The translations under genes were made by a program, and so were the position numbers. Below are positions 1 to 12,698 of a stretch of 64,000 bases of DNA, one piece after another (position 1 is the stretch's first letter; every line of letters starts with the position of its first letter). Below the pieces are notes generated by a model that worked only from the letters and a program-made list of their open reading frames with translations, made no database searches and was not told the DNA's origin. This DNA is from Octopus sinensis (Eukaryota): NCBI RefSeq assembly GCF_006345805.1, contig NC_043011.1, positions 22,332,464 through 22,396,463 of the forward strand, in the 5' to 3' direction.

Positions 1-280
1 ACTGGAACAGCCTGTTCATGAAATTAACATGCAAGTGACTAAGCATTCCAAATACATATGTACCCTTAACATAGTACTTAGGGAGATTCAGCGTGACACA
101 GAATGTGACAAGGCTGGCCTTTTGAAATACAGGTACTACTCATTTTTGCCAGCTGAGTGGACCGGAGCAATGAGAAATAAAGTGTCTAGCTCAAAGACTC
201 AATGTGCCCTACTGGGAATTGAACTTGCAATCTTATGATCATGAGCAGAATACCCTAACCACTAAGCCACATGCCTTCAC
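1..280 (-). mobile_element. tRNA-derived SINE (same family as 46501-46886), older copy
   Basis: The reverse complement matches the body and tRNA-like head of the 46501-46886 element. Confidence 0.75.
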
Positions 281-1255
281 TCACAGGTGGGGGATATTAC
301 TTCACTTGAAAACTGATGAGGGTTGATGACAGGAAGGGCATCTATCTAAAGAAAATCTACCTCAATAAATTCCATTCAACCCATGTAAGCATGGAAAAGT
401 GGATGTTAAAGCGATAAGCTGAACTACAAAACATTGAGAACAATTACTATAGATGATTAGTGATATGACATATTGCACACCCATACAACTATAATAAAAA
501 TATGACAAAGATGATGGTAAATTGGATTGAATTGCCTATATTCAGTTCACTGCAGGACAAAGGCCTCAGCATGTTCTCTCCACCAACAATGGTCTTATGT
601 GAAGGCCATGAATTTAAGCTCAAGATCATACTGGTTTGATGAGCCTAATCTGCCACACTGGCTCAACAGGACTTGGTAGAGGGGTACAGTTTTTATACAC
701 TTACTCAGGAGTAGTTGAGTTGATTACATCGATTCCAGTGCTCACCTGGTACTTATTTTATTAATTGCAAAAGGATGAAAGGCAAAGTCAACCTCAGTAG
801 GATCTGAACTCAGAATGTAAGGATGGTAAATTAATTTGAATATATTTACAGGTTTTGGAGGAGGGGTGTTATTTTGCTTGACATCTATTTTCCATGCTAA
901 ATTGCTTTTTACATCTAAAAGTAAAGACTGGAACCAACTTTAAAAGTCGGGCAAACTGAGAGATAAGCAGAGTTATATTTAGTCCCGAGTAGTGTTTGAA
1001 ATGAAACTTATAGCCAAATTATTAATTTTCAGCATTTAAACTTTAACCACTGTGTTATATATTTGTTAAATCAATTTTTGATATTAGGTGAAGGTGTGGT
1101 TGCATGAAAAAAGCTTGCATTGTAATTACTGTTGCATGGCATCTTGGGCAAGCATTTCTCTACAACAGCCTTGGGCCAACCAATGTCTTGTGAGTGAATT
1201 TGGTAGATGGAAACTGTGTGGAAAACCCATAATATACATATGATACATATACATA

Positions 1256-1425
1256 GGCACAGGAGTGGCTGTGTTGGTAAGTAGCTCGCTTACCAACCGC
1301 ATGGTTCCGGGTTCAGTCCCACTGCATGGCACCTTGGACAAGTGTCTTCTACTATAGTCTCAGACCAACCAAAGCCTTGTGATTGGACTTGGTAGATGGA
1401 AACTGAAAGATGCCCATCATATATA

Positions 1426-1458
<33 letters not shown>

Positions 1459-1632
1459 CTGTCTGTGTTTGTCCCCCAACATCACTTGACAACCGATGCT
1501 GGTGTGTTTACGTCCCCATAACTTAGCAGTTCGGCAAAAGAGACCGATAGAATAAGTACTAGGCGGGGTTGATTTGCTCGACTAAAGGCAGTGCTCCAGC
1601 ATGGCCACAGTCAAATGACTGAAACAAGTAAA
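1256..1632 (+). mobile_element. tRNA-derived SINE, dominant family of this window
   Basis: A-box-like TGGCTGTGTTGGT and B-box GGGTTCAGTCCC, core ACCTTGGACAAGTG, internal (GT)n and end AATGACTGAAACAAGTAAA. More than 12 copies occur in the window. Confidence 0.85.
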
Positions 1633-2399
1633 GCAAAAAAAAAAAAAAGAATATGTACATGTGTATGTGTTCAAGTTTGTTGACAATTTGTGTTGATCAG
1701 TTTACATCCCTGAAACTTACCAGTTCATCAAAAGGGACCGATAGGATAAATATCAGACTTAAAAAATAAGTGCTGGGTTCAATTTGTTTGACTAAACCCT
1801 AGAATGCAGTGCTCCACCAGGACCGTAGTCCAATGACTGAAACAAAAGGTAAAAGATAATAACTGGCTACACACACAAACACATATATGAATGACAAGCT
1901 TCTAAACTGTTTCCATCAGCCAATTCATTCATAAGGCATTGGTGAACCCAGGGTTATAGTCGAAGATACTTGCTCAAGGCACTGTGCTGTTTGACTGAAC
2001 CTGACACATGATTGCAAAGCAAGCTTCCTAGCCACACAACCAAACCTGTGCCTATAAACAATGTGGAGAATACTGTTTAGGATAGTTTATAAATTGTTTG
2101 ATATAGAAAAGTTAAGGAGTCCAAGCAGAGCTAGTGTACATTGTCTACAATGGATGTTATATATTACTTGGAACCTAGTACCATGGCTATTTCAGCTTGG
2201 CACAGCTGGACCACTGAATGTTTGAAGTGGGTTTTGGTTGTCCTCTATGTTGTTCTTCAGCTACAGTGCAATCTTAATCAAAAAGACCTATGATCAAAGG
2301 CATTCCAACCCTAACTAGCCTGTCTTATTAGAAGTATCTGGGACTACATTCTCTAATGTACCATTCTTCCATCTTTTTTTCTTTTTTTTTTACAACAAT

Positions 2400-2880
2400 A
2401 AGGTGAGTGCTGTGAGAAAATCTTTGAGATTATTAAATGTGATGCTTCAGAATTGTGTGTGAGTGCAATGATATTAATTTTGTTGAGTGTATCACAGAGT
2501 GTAAGATGATGCGTGTTTGCTACTGTAACAGATCATTATTAAATATTGCTGTTAATTTGTTATTATGGAGATGTAAACTGTAAGGACTATGTAACCGTAG
2601 TGTCATCAGTATAAGCTGTTACATGCATAGTGTACAAAACAGTAACGAGGTTGTGCATGTATAGACTGAAGAAGATGGGTGATAGGGTAGAATCTTGTGG
2701 ACACACCATTTAGCTCTTGGTAATATTAAGAGAAGAAACAACTCTCACTAACAGATTCAGATATGTCAACACTGAAATTGATCGAGACAATCAGTGCCAT
2801 TAATGCCTGACTCCAATCTGCTGGACACAACGAATATCCTATTCCATTAGTTCTATTGGTCAGTGTCATGAAATATTTTA
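2400..2880 (-). mobile_element. Decayed LINE reverse-transcriptase fragment
   Basis: The minus strand gives PQDSTLSPIFFSLYMHNL and AYTDDTTV (GVPQGS and YADD motifs), interrupted by stops and frameshifts. Confidence 0.6.
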
Positions 2881-3626
2881 GGTCTAAGTTACAATCAATC
2901 TTATATTTAACAACACCGTCACCACTACCACCATCATCATTGTGTAATGTTCATTTTCCATACTGGCATGGATTAGACAGGAACTGATGAACTAGAAGAT
3001 TGTGCTAAGCTCAATCATCTGTTTTGGCATGATTTCTACAGTTGGATGACCTTCCTAATGCCAACCACTTTACAGAGTGTACTGGGTGCTTTTAAGTGGC
3101 ACCATCACCAGTGAAGTCACCAAGCAACTCACAAGATAAAACTCCTCAACTGAGGTGAGGTGGATGTGGCATTAAGCCAGGTGACGAGAGGTTACATGGC
3201 AACTTCAGTTGAGAAAGAAAGAAAAAGATATTGAAGATGTGTCAGGGTGTCCTCTCAAGATACAGGAAGAAGAATATAAGTGGTACAGAGGATTGAAGAG
3301 GGTGAGTGGGAATGTAAGTTTGCAAGCGTGTGAAAGAAAAGTGGTAGATGGAGATGGTGACAGAGGGGAATACAATGACTGGTGGGCACAGGTGTTAATA
3401 GATATAGAAGTAGGAGGTATTAACAGCTCCATGTGCTCTTTTGGACAGTAATCTCACCTGTTTTTCACCCAGATTAAATGGAGCAGAGTAAAATTAAGTG
3501 ACATGTGAAGATGTACTAATTAATTAATCAACCTAAAATATGTTCTCTCTCTGATTACAAGGTTTCAAAGAAACCCTGTCAGAGACTTGCAGTATCTTAT
3601 GCTTTGAAAGAGGGAGGAGATAGGGG

Positions 3627-3674
<48 letters not shown>

Positions 3675-3795
3675 TGTGTGTATGTGTCTGTGCAACATAA
3701 AAACAACAAATATGGTTTAAATAAACCCAATATTTGAGAAAGAATTGGTCATTAATGATTTAATTTTCTATCACCTTTTCATCATTAAGATCAAG

Positions 3796-3855
<60 letters not shown>

Positions 3856-5461
3856 GGAAAGAGAGAGTTACTCTAAATACTAAGAAGACCAATCATACAA
3901 TAAAGTTTACTTTTATTTTGAAATATAACTCCATGGCATGGGTTGGATAAGTCATCCCAATCTAAGTCAGTTCTTAATGGGAGCCACTGCCTTCATAGAC
4001 TGGTGCTCATATGTTTCTATAGCTAGATGCCCTTTGTCACCTACATCTTTACAGTGTCCTGGATATATCATATTTTGGTACCAGCACCAGGGAGATTGTC
4101 AAGTCCTCAATGAGACTACTATAAAGATGTCGCAATGTTTGTTTTCTCTGCCCACTTATCAAAGAAAGGTTCATTAAAACCTGATCTAAATTATGAAGCT
4201 CAGATACAAACTGGTGCTTGTTTTGTCTGAAGGCAGGATATTCTAATGAAACTCTAAATGTGTCAAATTTAACAGTTTTGTGTTTTTATTTTTTAAAGCT
4301 TGTTTCTAACTCAATATACTATTAGAATAACTTGCTAGAAAAGGCAATCAAGTCTTCCTCAAATCATACTCTAATTTATTAAATAAGAATGCAGCCCATT
4401 GTATACATATCTATATGTGTGTATCTTTGTGTCTATGTTCTCATACCACTGCTTGACAACCAGTGTTGGTGTGTTTATATCCCTGTACCCTAGCAGTTTA
4501 GCAAAAGAGACCAATAGAATAAATACCAAGCTTGAAAAAAAAGGATTGGGGTTGATTCATTTGACTAAGAATTCTTCAAGGTGGTGCCCCAACATGGCCA
4601 CAGTACAATGACTGGAGCAATTGAGAGATTAACGATAAAAGATAATCCACACAAAAGGGATGGTCATACCTGGAATGTCTTTTATCATAGATAGGTCTGC
4701 TGGGTAAGGGTTGACCTGGGGCTAAACATCAACTGGTCACTGGTAAAGATATTTAATTATCAAAATTCCTGACCCAAATATTTACATAACTGTAAATGGT
4801 AATGTGTAGCTCACTGGCAGAAACAGCCTCTTACAATATGATGTTGCTATTGTTTAGCCTAAGATCAATTCTCATCAAAAAGATACATAATCAAAGGCAT
4901 TCTACCCATAACCGTCTTAATTTGTATTTTTTCTCTCTCTCAGACACAGAACTACATTATCTAATGTATTCTTTCCTTTTCAGAGAGAATGGGGTGTGAT
5001 AAGGGGTATCGAGCTGAATATAATAAATGCACAGTATCATAACTACAAAACAGGATCTGACCATTATGATAAAGCAATAGGGAACATTTTGAAAAAAATA
5101 CAATTAAAATTTAACGTTATATGTAAATAATTAACTGTATAGTGAAGCGAAGTTGTGAAAGAGGAAGACCCAGAAAGACATGGAATGAAGTATTGGAGGC
5201 CGATCTCAAAATGCGGAACCTTACCTGCCCACCACAACAGAAATGAAATACTAAAACCAAGGTGCCATGTAAAAAGCACCCAGTACACTGTGGAGTTGTT
5301 GGAGTTAGGAAGGGCATCCAGCTGTAGAAACCAAGCCAAAACAAACTATGGAACCTGGTGGGGCCCCTGGCTTTGCCAAGCTATTTAAACCATGCCAGCA
5401 TGGAAAATGGACATTAAATGATGATGATGATGATAATGTATACTGTGTTTGTAAACATTTA

Positions 5462-5790
5462 CTCTTTTACTTGTTTCAGTCATTTGACAGCGGCCATGCT
5501 GGAGCACCGCCTTTAGTCGAGCAAATCGACCCTGGGACTTATTCTTTGTAAGCCCAGTACTTATTCTATCAGTCTCTTTTGCTGAACCGCTAAGTGACGG
5601 GGACGTAAACACACCAGCATCGGTTGTCAAGCAATGCTAGGGGGACAAACACAAACACACACACACATATATATATATATATACACATATACGACAGGCT
5701 TCTTTCAGTTTCTGTCTACCAAATCCACTCACAAGGCATTGGTCGACCCGGGGCTATAGCAGAAGACACTTGCCTAAGATGCCACAGAGT
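5462..5790 (-). mobile_element. tRNA-derived SINE, dominant family (partial, low divergence)
   Basis: Reverse complement of the 1256-1632 family; CpGs are retained. Confidence 0.85.
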
Positions 5791-6713
5791 GAAAATAATT
5801 TTGTCTAAAAGAAATACACTGAGCAATACTTCCTAGAAAGATCGATATTATTATGATCACTTTTGAAGTGATCAAAATAATATCGATACAATTCTTATTT
5901 CATCTCCCTCAAACTCTTCCTGTTTATACTCTAACTCAACTGGATAGCTCGATATGTCTACAGAGGTGGATATTGCAAAAGTATACTAGCCAGAGCGGAA
6001 AACATCCATGGAAACATTATACCTGTTGGTGTTTATCTTTCAGTAAAGAATTGAATATAGGACACTGTGTACAAAGTGCAACGCTGCATTGTAGAAAGAG
6101 ATGAATACTGAATGCAGAGGATGTGCAATGAGCACACTATGTTGGATATGTTATATCAGCATGCATAAAAAACAGCTTTAACAAGGGGTGAGACAAAAAT
6201 GAACATTAATCCTTTAGATTTCTTTGTCAAATGAATTGCTTATTTAGTCACATTGTTTTTGAGTTAGCCATGGTTTATCATGTAGCTTCAAGATTTCAAT
6301 GGTGTGTTTGCATGTTTTTAGAATGACATTGATGTGCAGGTGTGAGAGGTTGGGTCTGGTCAATTTTAACATAAAACAGGTAGAATATTTAGGCCAGATA
6401 TGGCTGGATTAAACACTAAAGGGTGAAAGAAAAATGATAGTGTGTAACTGAAAACACTGTACAAGTACATACATATGATGCATATAAAGGATGACAGATG
6501 AGTCAAGAAGATGAGAATGATGAGAATACTAAGGAAGATGTGAGAAGTGGTAAAGGCTGATCTCAGGATATTGAATCTCATAAAAGAGATAAGGGACTAC
6601 ACATTATATAATCATCTTCATTGTAATCTTGTTTCAGTCATTAGACCATGGTCATGCTGGGGCACCACCTTGAAGAATTCTTAGTTGAATGAATCAACTC
6701 CAGTACTTATTTT

Positions 6714-7197
6714 GGCAATGTTTCGTTTGTCGTAGCACACGCTTCCGTTGATTTCCTCCGTCGATTGTCGATTTCCGTAAAAAATGTAAACACTGAATCG
6801 GCCATACATACATACATACATACATACATACATACATACACACACACATACATACACACACATACATACACACACACACACATACATTCAGACATACATA
6901 TACACATACACCGAGTAAAAAATTTCAGTTATCTCTCTCTTTCACACATTACTCTCTCTGTCTCTTCGCACACACTAACAGAAGCACTTCACTTACACAA
7001 CATACTGTCTGTCTCCCACACCCCATCAAACACACACACGGGGGCTTCAAAAAGAAATTCCCTCGTCATAAAATTGCTTCCTCTTAGTCTCTTTCGCTCT
7101 CATCACTTCAAATATTCCTGCAAAGTCATATGTAAAAAAATAAAAGTTTTTTAAGGAAATCGACGGAAACTTGTGCTACGACAAACGAAACATTGCC
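6714..7197. mobile_element. Non-autonomous DNA transposon (MITE), Merlin-like, inserted in a SINE
   Basis: Perfect 26-bp TIRs GGCAATGTTTCGTTTGTCGTAGCACA (6714-6739 and 7172-7197). Perfect 8-bp TSD CTTATTTT (6706-6713 and 7198-7205). The flanks rejoin into a SINE. Confidence 0.85.
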
Positions 7198-8074
7198 CTT
7201 ATTTTAAGACTGGTACTTATTCTATCAGTCTCTTTTGTCGAACTGCTAAGTTACAGGGGATGTAAACACACTAACACTGGTTGACACAAAACACAGATAT
7301 ATATATATATATATATATATGACGGGCTTCTTCCTGTTTCTGTCTATCAAATCCATGCACAAGACTATAGTATAAGGGTATAGTACAAGACACATGCCCA
7401 AAATGTCATGCAGTGGGACTGAACCTGGAACCATGTGGTTGGGAAGCAAGCTCCTTACCACACAGCCATACCTGTGCCAAGTGTCTACTTTTGAATGCTT
7501 GCAAGGGTCAAATGAAATTGGTTGAGGCAGATTTTCTACAGCTGGTTGTCCTTCTCGTTGCTAACCAGTTTCCTTTAGTCCTTCAAACACAAGTAGTATG
7601 ATGGCCAAACATATGGAGGATTACTAACTATACCACTTGTATGATGGGGACGTTTGTTTACAATTAGTGCACAATATCAAATGAAGGAGACACAAACATA
7701 CACAATGGGCTTCTTTCTCTTCCTTTTTGCCAAATTCATTTATAAGGCTTTGTGCACGAAACTGAGTCTGAAACCATGTAGTTGCAAAGTAAACTCCTTC
7801 ATGTAGTTTGTTTCTTTTATGTCTATTACTCCATGCAAGCATGGATTAGACTAATGTATTACTGAGGCATTGTTTTACAGCCAGATGCTCTTCTTGTTGC
7901 TAACCTTTACCGGTTTTTCAAGCAAAGGATTGCTTGGTTCACACATCACCGAAGGCACAAAACAAGTGGGCAGTATTTTGATACAAGAAGTGACACCAAT
8001 AACACCACTCATAGTGAGCAATTTTCATAGTGTTCAAATATAAACACACACACACATGCACATACATACATGTG

Positions 8075-8425
8075 TGCGTGTATGTGGTAAGAAGCTTGCT
8101 TCCCAACCACATGGATCAGGGTTCAATCCCACATTGTGGCAAGTGTCTTCTACTATAGCTTCAGGCTGACCTAAGCCTTGTGAATGGATTTGATAGACAG
8201 AAACTGAAAGAAGCCTGCTGTGTGTATTTGTTCATCCTCCACAACCACTTGACATCTGGAGTTGGTGTGTTTACATCCCCGTAACTTAGTGGTTTGGCAA
8301 CAAACCAATAGAATAAGTACCAAGTTTAAAAAACGAAAAAAGTACTGGGGTCAATACATTCAACTAAAAATTATTTAAGGCAGTGCCCCAGCATGGCTGC
8401 AGTCTAATGACTGAAACAAGTAAAA
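8075..8425 (+). mobile_element. tRNA-derived SINE, dominant family
   Basis: Same head, core and tail as 1256-1632. Confidence 0.8.
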
Positions 8426-9168
8426 AAGAAAAGATATACATGTGTGTTTTGTATGTGTGTGCATGTGTGACTGATGATGCCCAGATGTTGCATATGTAAA
8501 AATAAATTCAGATATTAATTAGAAGCAGCGTTAATGTTGTAAACATTACTGAATACACATATTCAATGTATGTGCATTATTGTTTGCCAGTAGGCTGCAA
8601 TTTGGTACAGTGGAGATGACTCCATCAAGGCATTGGGTGTTACAATACCTATAAGTCATAGACAGGTGAGTAAAGCATCTGCAAATTTGCAACTAATTCC
8701 ATAATTCTCTATATTTAAGGAGACCCTGAATGAGGTGTTCTTCTGAAGAGATTAATAAAATATTATCAATGGATCTTGAGATACAATTGGTTTTGTTCAC
8801 ATCTACACTGATTTTAACATCACATGTTCTGATTATTTTATTATCAAGACCTTTGTTGAATGTATAGGATGGAATGTAGGTGTGTTATTAATGGAAGTTG
8901 GAGGTAGTCTGTGATGTAGTTAAAAATATTTAAGAGAAAATACATATATGTATGACAGTCCAATAATGGCTTAGCTGAGTAAAAGTTCAAAGTCACTTGC
9001 TAAAGAATAATAAATTTGTACTCTATAAAAGTATGGAGTAATTCTTCAGATTAATATAAACTTGTTTTTATTATAACTGAACATAAAAACAAACATTTAC
9101 GCACACACACATATATATACACATATATGTATGTACATACATATAAATATATATATATATATATATAT

Positions 9169-9810
9169 ACTAGCATTATGACCCGTCTTTGCCGGGTCAT
9201 AGTGCTAGTGCATGTATATATGTGTATATATATGTGTACATATTACATGTACATCTATATATATATACATCTACACATAAAATACAAAGTTATATCTTGA
9301 TATCGCTAGTGATAACAATACTGAAAATATATAACAGACTGGAATTGTCGGACTATTCCATTTCTGCACGCTAATTTTATTTTTAATTTATTCCCATTCA
9401 TGTGAAACCACTTATTCAAGTTCAAATCCTTGATGCAATTTTATACCAATTGCTATTTTTACTTTTGTTATGTTACGATTATATTATACTTTAGTTTGAT
9501 TTTAATTATTACTTACTACATATAATTCAATTGTTATTATTATTTTTATTGTTAAAGTGAAAGTATCCAACATAAAATAGAGAAATGTTTTTGTTTCACT
9601 TTTAACACGTAATACTGAAATAGTGGAGAAGATATGATATTGCTATGGGCTCACCCTAGGCAAGAAGTTGAACATTTTTTTTTTGCCCATGAAACTACAT
9701 GGACCCTAAGTAAGGCATGTGTAAAATTTGAATGAAATTGGTTGTGTAGTTCTCAAGTTTTAGGGAAACACACAGACAGACAGACACACATTCTCAGTTT
9801 TATATATAGA
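9169..9810 (-). mobile_element. Non-autonomous Helitron-like element
   Basis: On the minus strand it starts TCTATATATAAAACTG near 9810 and ends in the hairpin ACTAGCACTATGACCCG..CGGGTCATAATGCTAGT (9209-9169). Confidence 0.55.
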
Positions 9811-12335
9811 GAGATATATATATGTATGCATTATGGAAAGTGCATGGCTCAGTGGTTAGTGTTGGCTTAAAATTGTGAGGCTGTGAGTTTGATTCCCAGA
9901 CCAGGCTGTGTGTTGTTCTTGAGCAAGAGACTTTATTTCACACTGGGTAACATTAGTGGCATGGAGAGGGGAAATTGGCATGTATGTGCAACTGCTGGTC
10001 TTCCATAAACAACCTTGCCTGGACTTGTGCCAAAGAGGGGAACTTTCTAGGTGCAATCCCAAGGTCATTTGTGACCAAAGGGAGTCTTTACTACTTACTA
10101 TTATGTATGTATAATAATGTATGTGTGTATAAACGTCTTATTTAACGTACAACATGTGCAGTAACGTATTAATTTCTTAACGACAATGAAACACCTGCAG
10201 TAAATATGTAGTCATCACTCAAGATATGATAACCTCATAACTTAGCCACTTAGTCTCTCTGTGCATTAGTTTAAATTATATATTAATTTCTGATTTTCCA
10301 GTAACTAGATATTGCTAAATATATCACACATTAATTTTAAACACTTATTGCATCTGTGAAAAAAAAAAAAAAAAGTCAACAACCTTCTTTTATCAGAAGA
10401 TGAAAATGTTCTTTTCTACTCTGGGGGAGGGGGCCAGTCAATTTGATCAACTCCAGTACGCAACTGGCACTTAATTTATCGACCCTGAAAGGATGAAAGG
10501 CAAAGTTGACCTCGGTGGAATTTGAACTCAGAACGTAGCGACGAGTGAAATACCGCTAAGCACTTCGTCTGGATTGCTACCGCTTCTGCCAGCTTGCTGC
10601 CTTAGATGATGAAAATATTATTACATGTTCTTGTATGTATTTATATGATTTTTGTTAGTTGAAACAGTTAATATGATGAACAAATTTTACAGCAATGATT
10701 GAAGAATAATGACGAAACAATGCGTGTGCTATACCTGGTAGTATTTCACTGTGCTACAGAATTTGTTTTAAGTTTTAAAGAAGTTATTACGATTTGATTT
10801 TGATTCTCAACTAGATAAATTTTGTTTCACCAACACCAGGAAAGACACAAATATCACAATTCTCATTTTGTTTCTTCTGAAGTACTTAAAACTTATTGCT
10901 TATCAGGAACTATTCCAGTCTATTTTTTCTCCAGTACACAACATCTACATGATATACAGTTTATGCAAATCAGGAGAATTATCAAGTATTTATAATTACG
11001 AGGGTAATTATAAAGACAAAAGAAATTACATATATAGAATAAAAAAAGGTAAAATCTTGATGAAGTTACTTAGAGGCAATAGGAAATTCAAAATGTTACG
11101 AAATTATTACAGAAATGTAATGAAAAAATATGTAGTGAAAATAGAGTAATAGCTAAGCTAAGAATGGAAAGGAAGGACTACAGAGAATTGGTGCCTCTGC
11201 TATACCTTATCATCTCACTCAAACTTTCAGAAACTACCTATCATCTGGATTGTGTTTGTTTGGAAATGGATAGACTCCCCCAGTCAATCCATGCTCAAAT
11301 ATACAACATGTAAAAAAGATGGTTAGCAACGTGCAAGTTTGAGGAACACAATGAGATATGATATGGCAGAAAAAGAGAATATCTGTAACTACTGGAGAGA
11401 AATGAGTCCAGTATGGTTTATTCAACAGACAGTTTTGAATACAAAAAAAAAAGCTGAAAACAAATAAGATGGTTGAACATCAAAAATTTTGATTAAAGTA
11501 TACGAGTGTGTTGAATATATTCCATTAAAAACACTGTTGTGAAATTGACAAAGGAGGAAATCAGGGTGGAAGAATTCAAAAGTGATGAGGTCAGCTTTGA
11601 TAACAGTAACTCTTAAATTCTTGGAGTGCTTTCATTATGTAAATTTGCTAATCTTGTATTAAAAACTAGAAATTTTGATGATAATGCAGTTATTCCAGTA
11701 TAAAATTCATAAAAATATAACAACTGCATCAATCTAGATGAAACTTAGCGACAGGATGTAATAAATTGTAGGTGTGCATTGTGAACTTCATTTTTACCTA
11801 TTGTCATATCATTGTCACCTGCCCAGATAAATTGATTACAAGTAGTGTGTTCACATATATTTACAAGATATTGATTCATCATCCATTTTCCATGCTGGCA
11901 TGGGTTGCATGGTTTGACCAGAGCTGGCAAGCAGGAGAGCTGCACTAGGTACCAGTCTGATTTGGCTTGGCTTCTATGGTTGGATACCCTTCCTAATGCC
12001 AACCACTTTACAGAACTGAACTTGTTATGAACCAATAATCTCTGGAGGCTGCACATCTCCCATCAGAAAACGCATTCTAAGATATGTTATCATCATCTTC
12101 ATTCATACAATGAAGGTGACCATGCCTTGTTGATACATATATCTCATGGTTTCATTGTTCATTCTGACAAACATTTCTTCAGGTAAAAGTTGAAGAAAAT
12201 AATTAATAGGTTTTGCTACTAAGTTTAAAGGTTTTGAAGGGTCCACATTACTCATGAAAGCATCAATGCAATAACTATGTTATCACTCCAGCACTCCCCT
12301 ATTCAGGATCAAGTTTGTCATCACTGCTCAATGAA

Positions 12336-12698
12336 TCTCTATATAAACGGCAAAATGTCTGTGTGTGTGTGTGTGTCCTTTATACAAATCCACAATTTTT
12401 CAGTTAGAGGGCTTGCACTTTCTATGGTCATTCAAAACCGTCCAAGGGTGGTTGTGCACATCTTTACATTTTCCCCAGTCACCCCGCAAAGCCATTAAAA
12501 AATCAATATAAGTGACTTTTTTGTGAATTTTCTATCCAAAACCCAATCAAAATGCTCAAAACTTGATATGCCAATTGAATGCCAGCTAGCTGTATGTGAT
12601 TGGTCGGAGATTTGGACAGTACTCGTGTGTATGTGCGCACGCAGCTGTATATGCATGCACTAGCACTATGACACGGCAACGCCGGGTCATAGTGCTAG
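12336..12698 (+). mobile_element. Non-autonomous Helitron-like element
   Basis: 5' TCTCTATATAAACGG; 3' hairpin ending CTAG; inserted between A and T with no TSD. A related copy lies at 27110-27808. Confidence 0.65.

Noticed and set aside
6681-7154. ORFs with HTHT/CVCV repeats
   Set aside because: Microsatellite inside the Merlin-like MITE.
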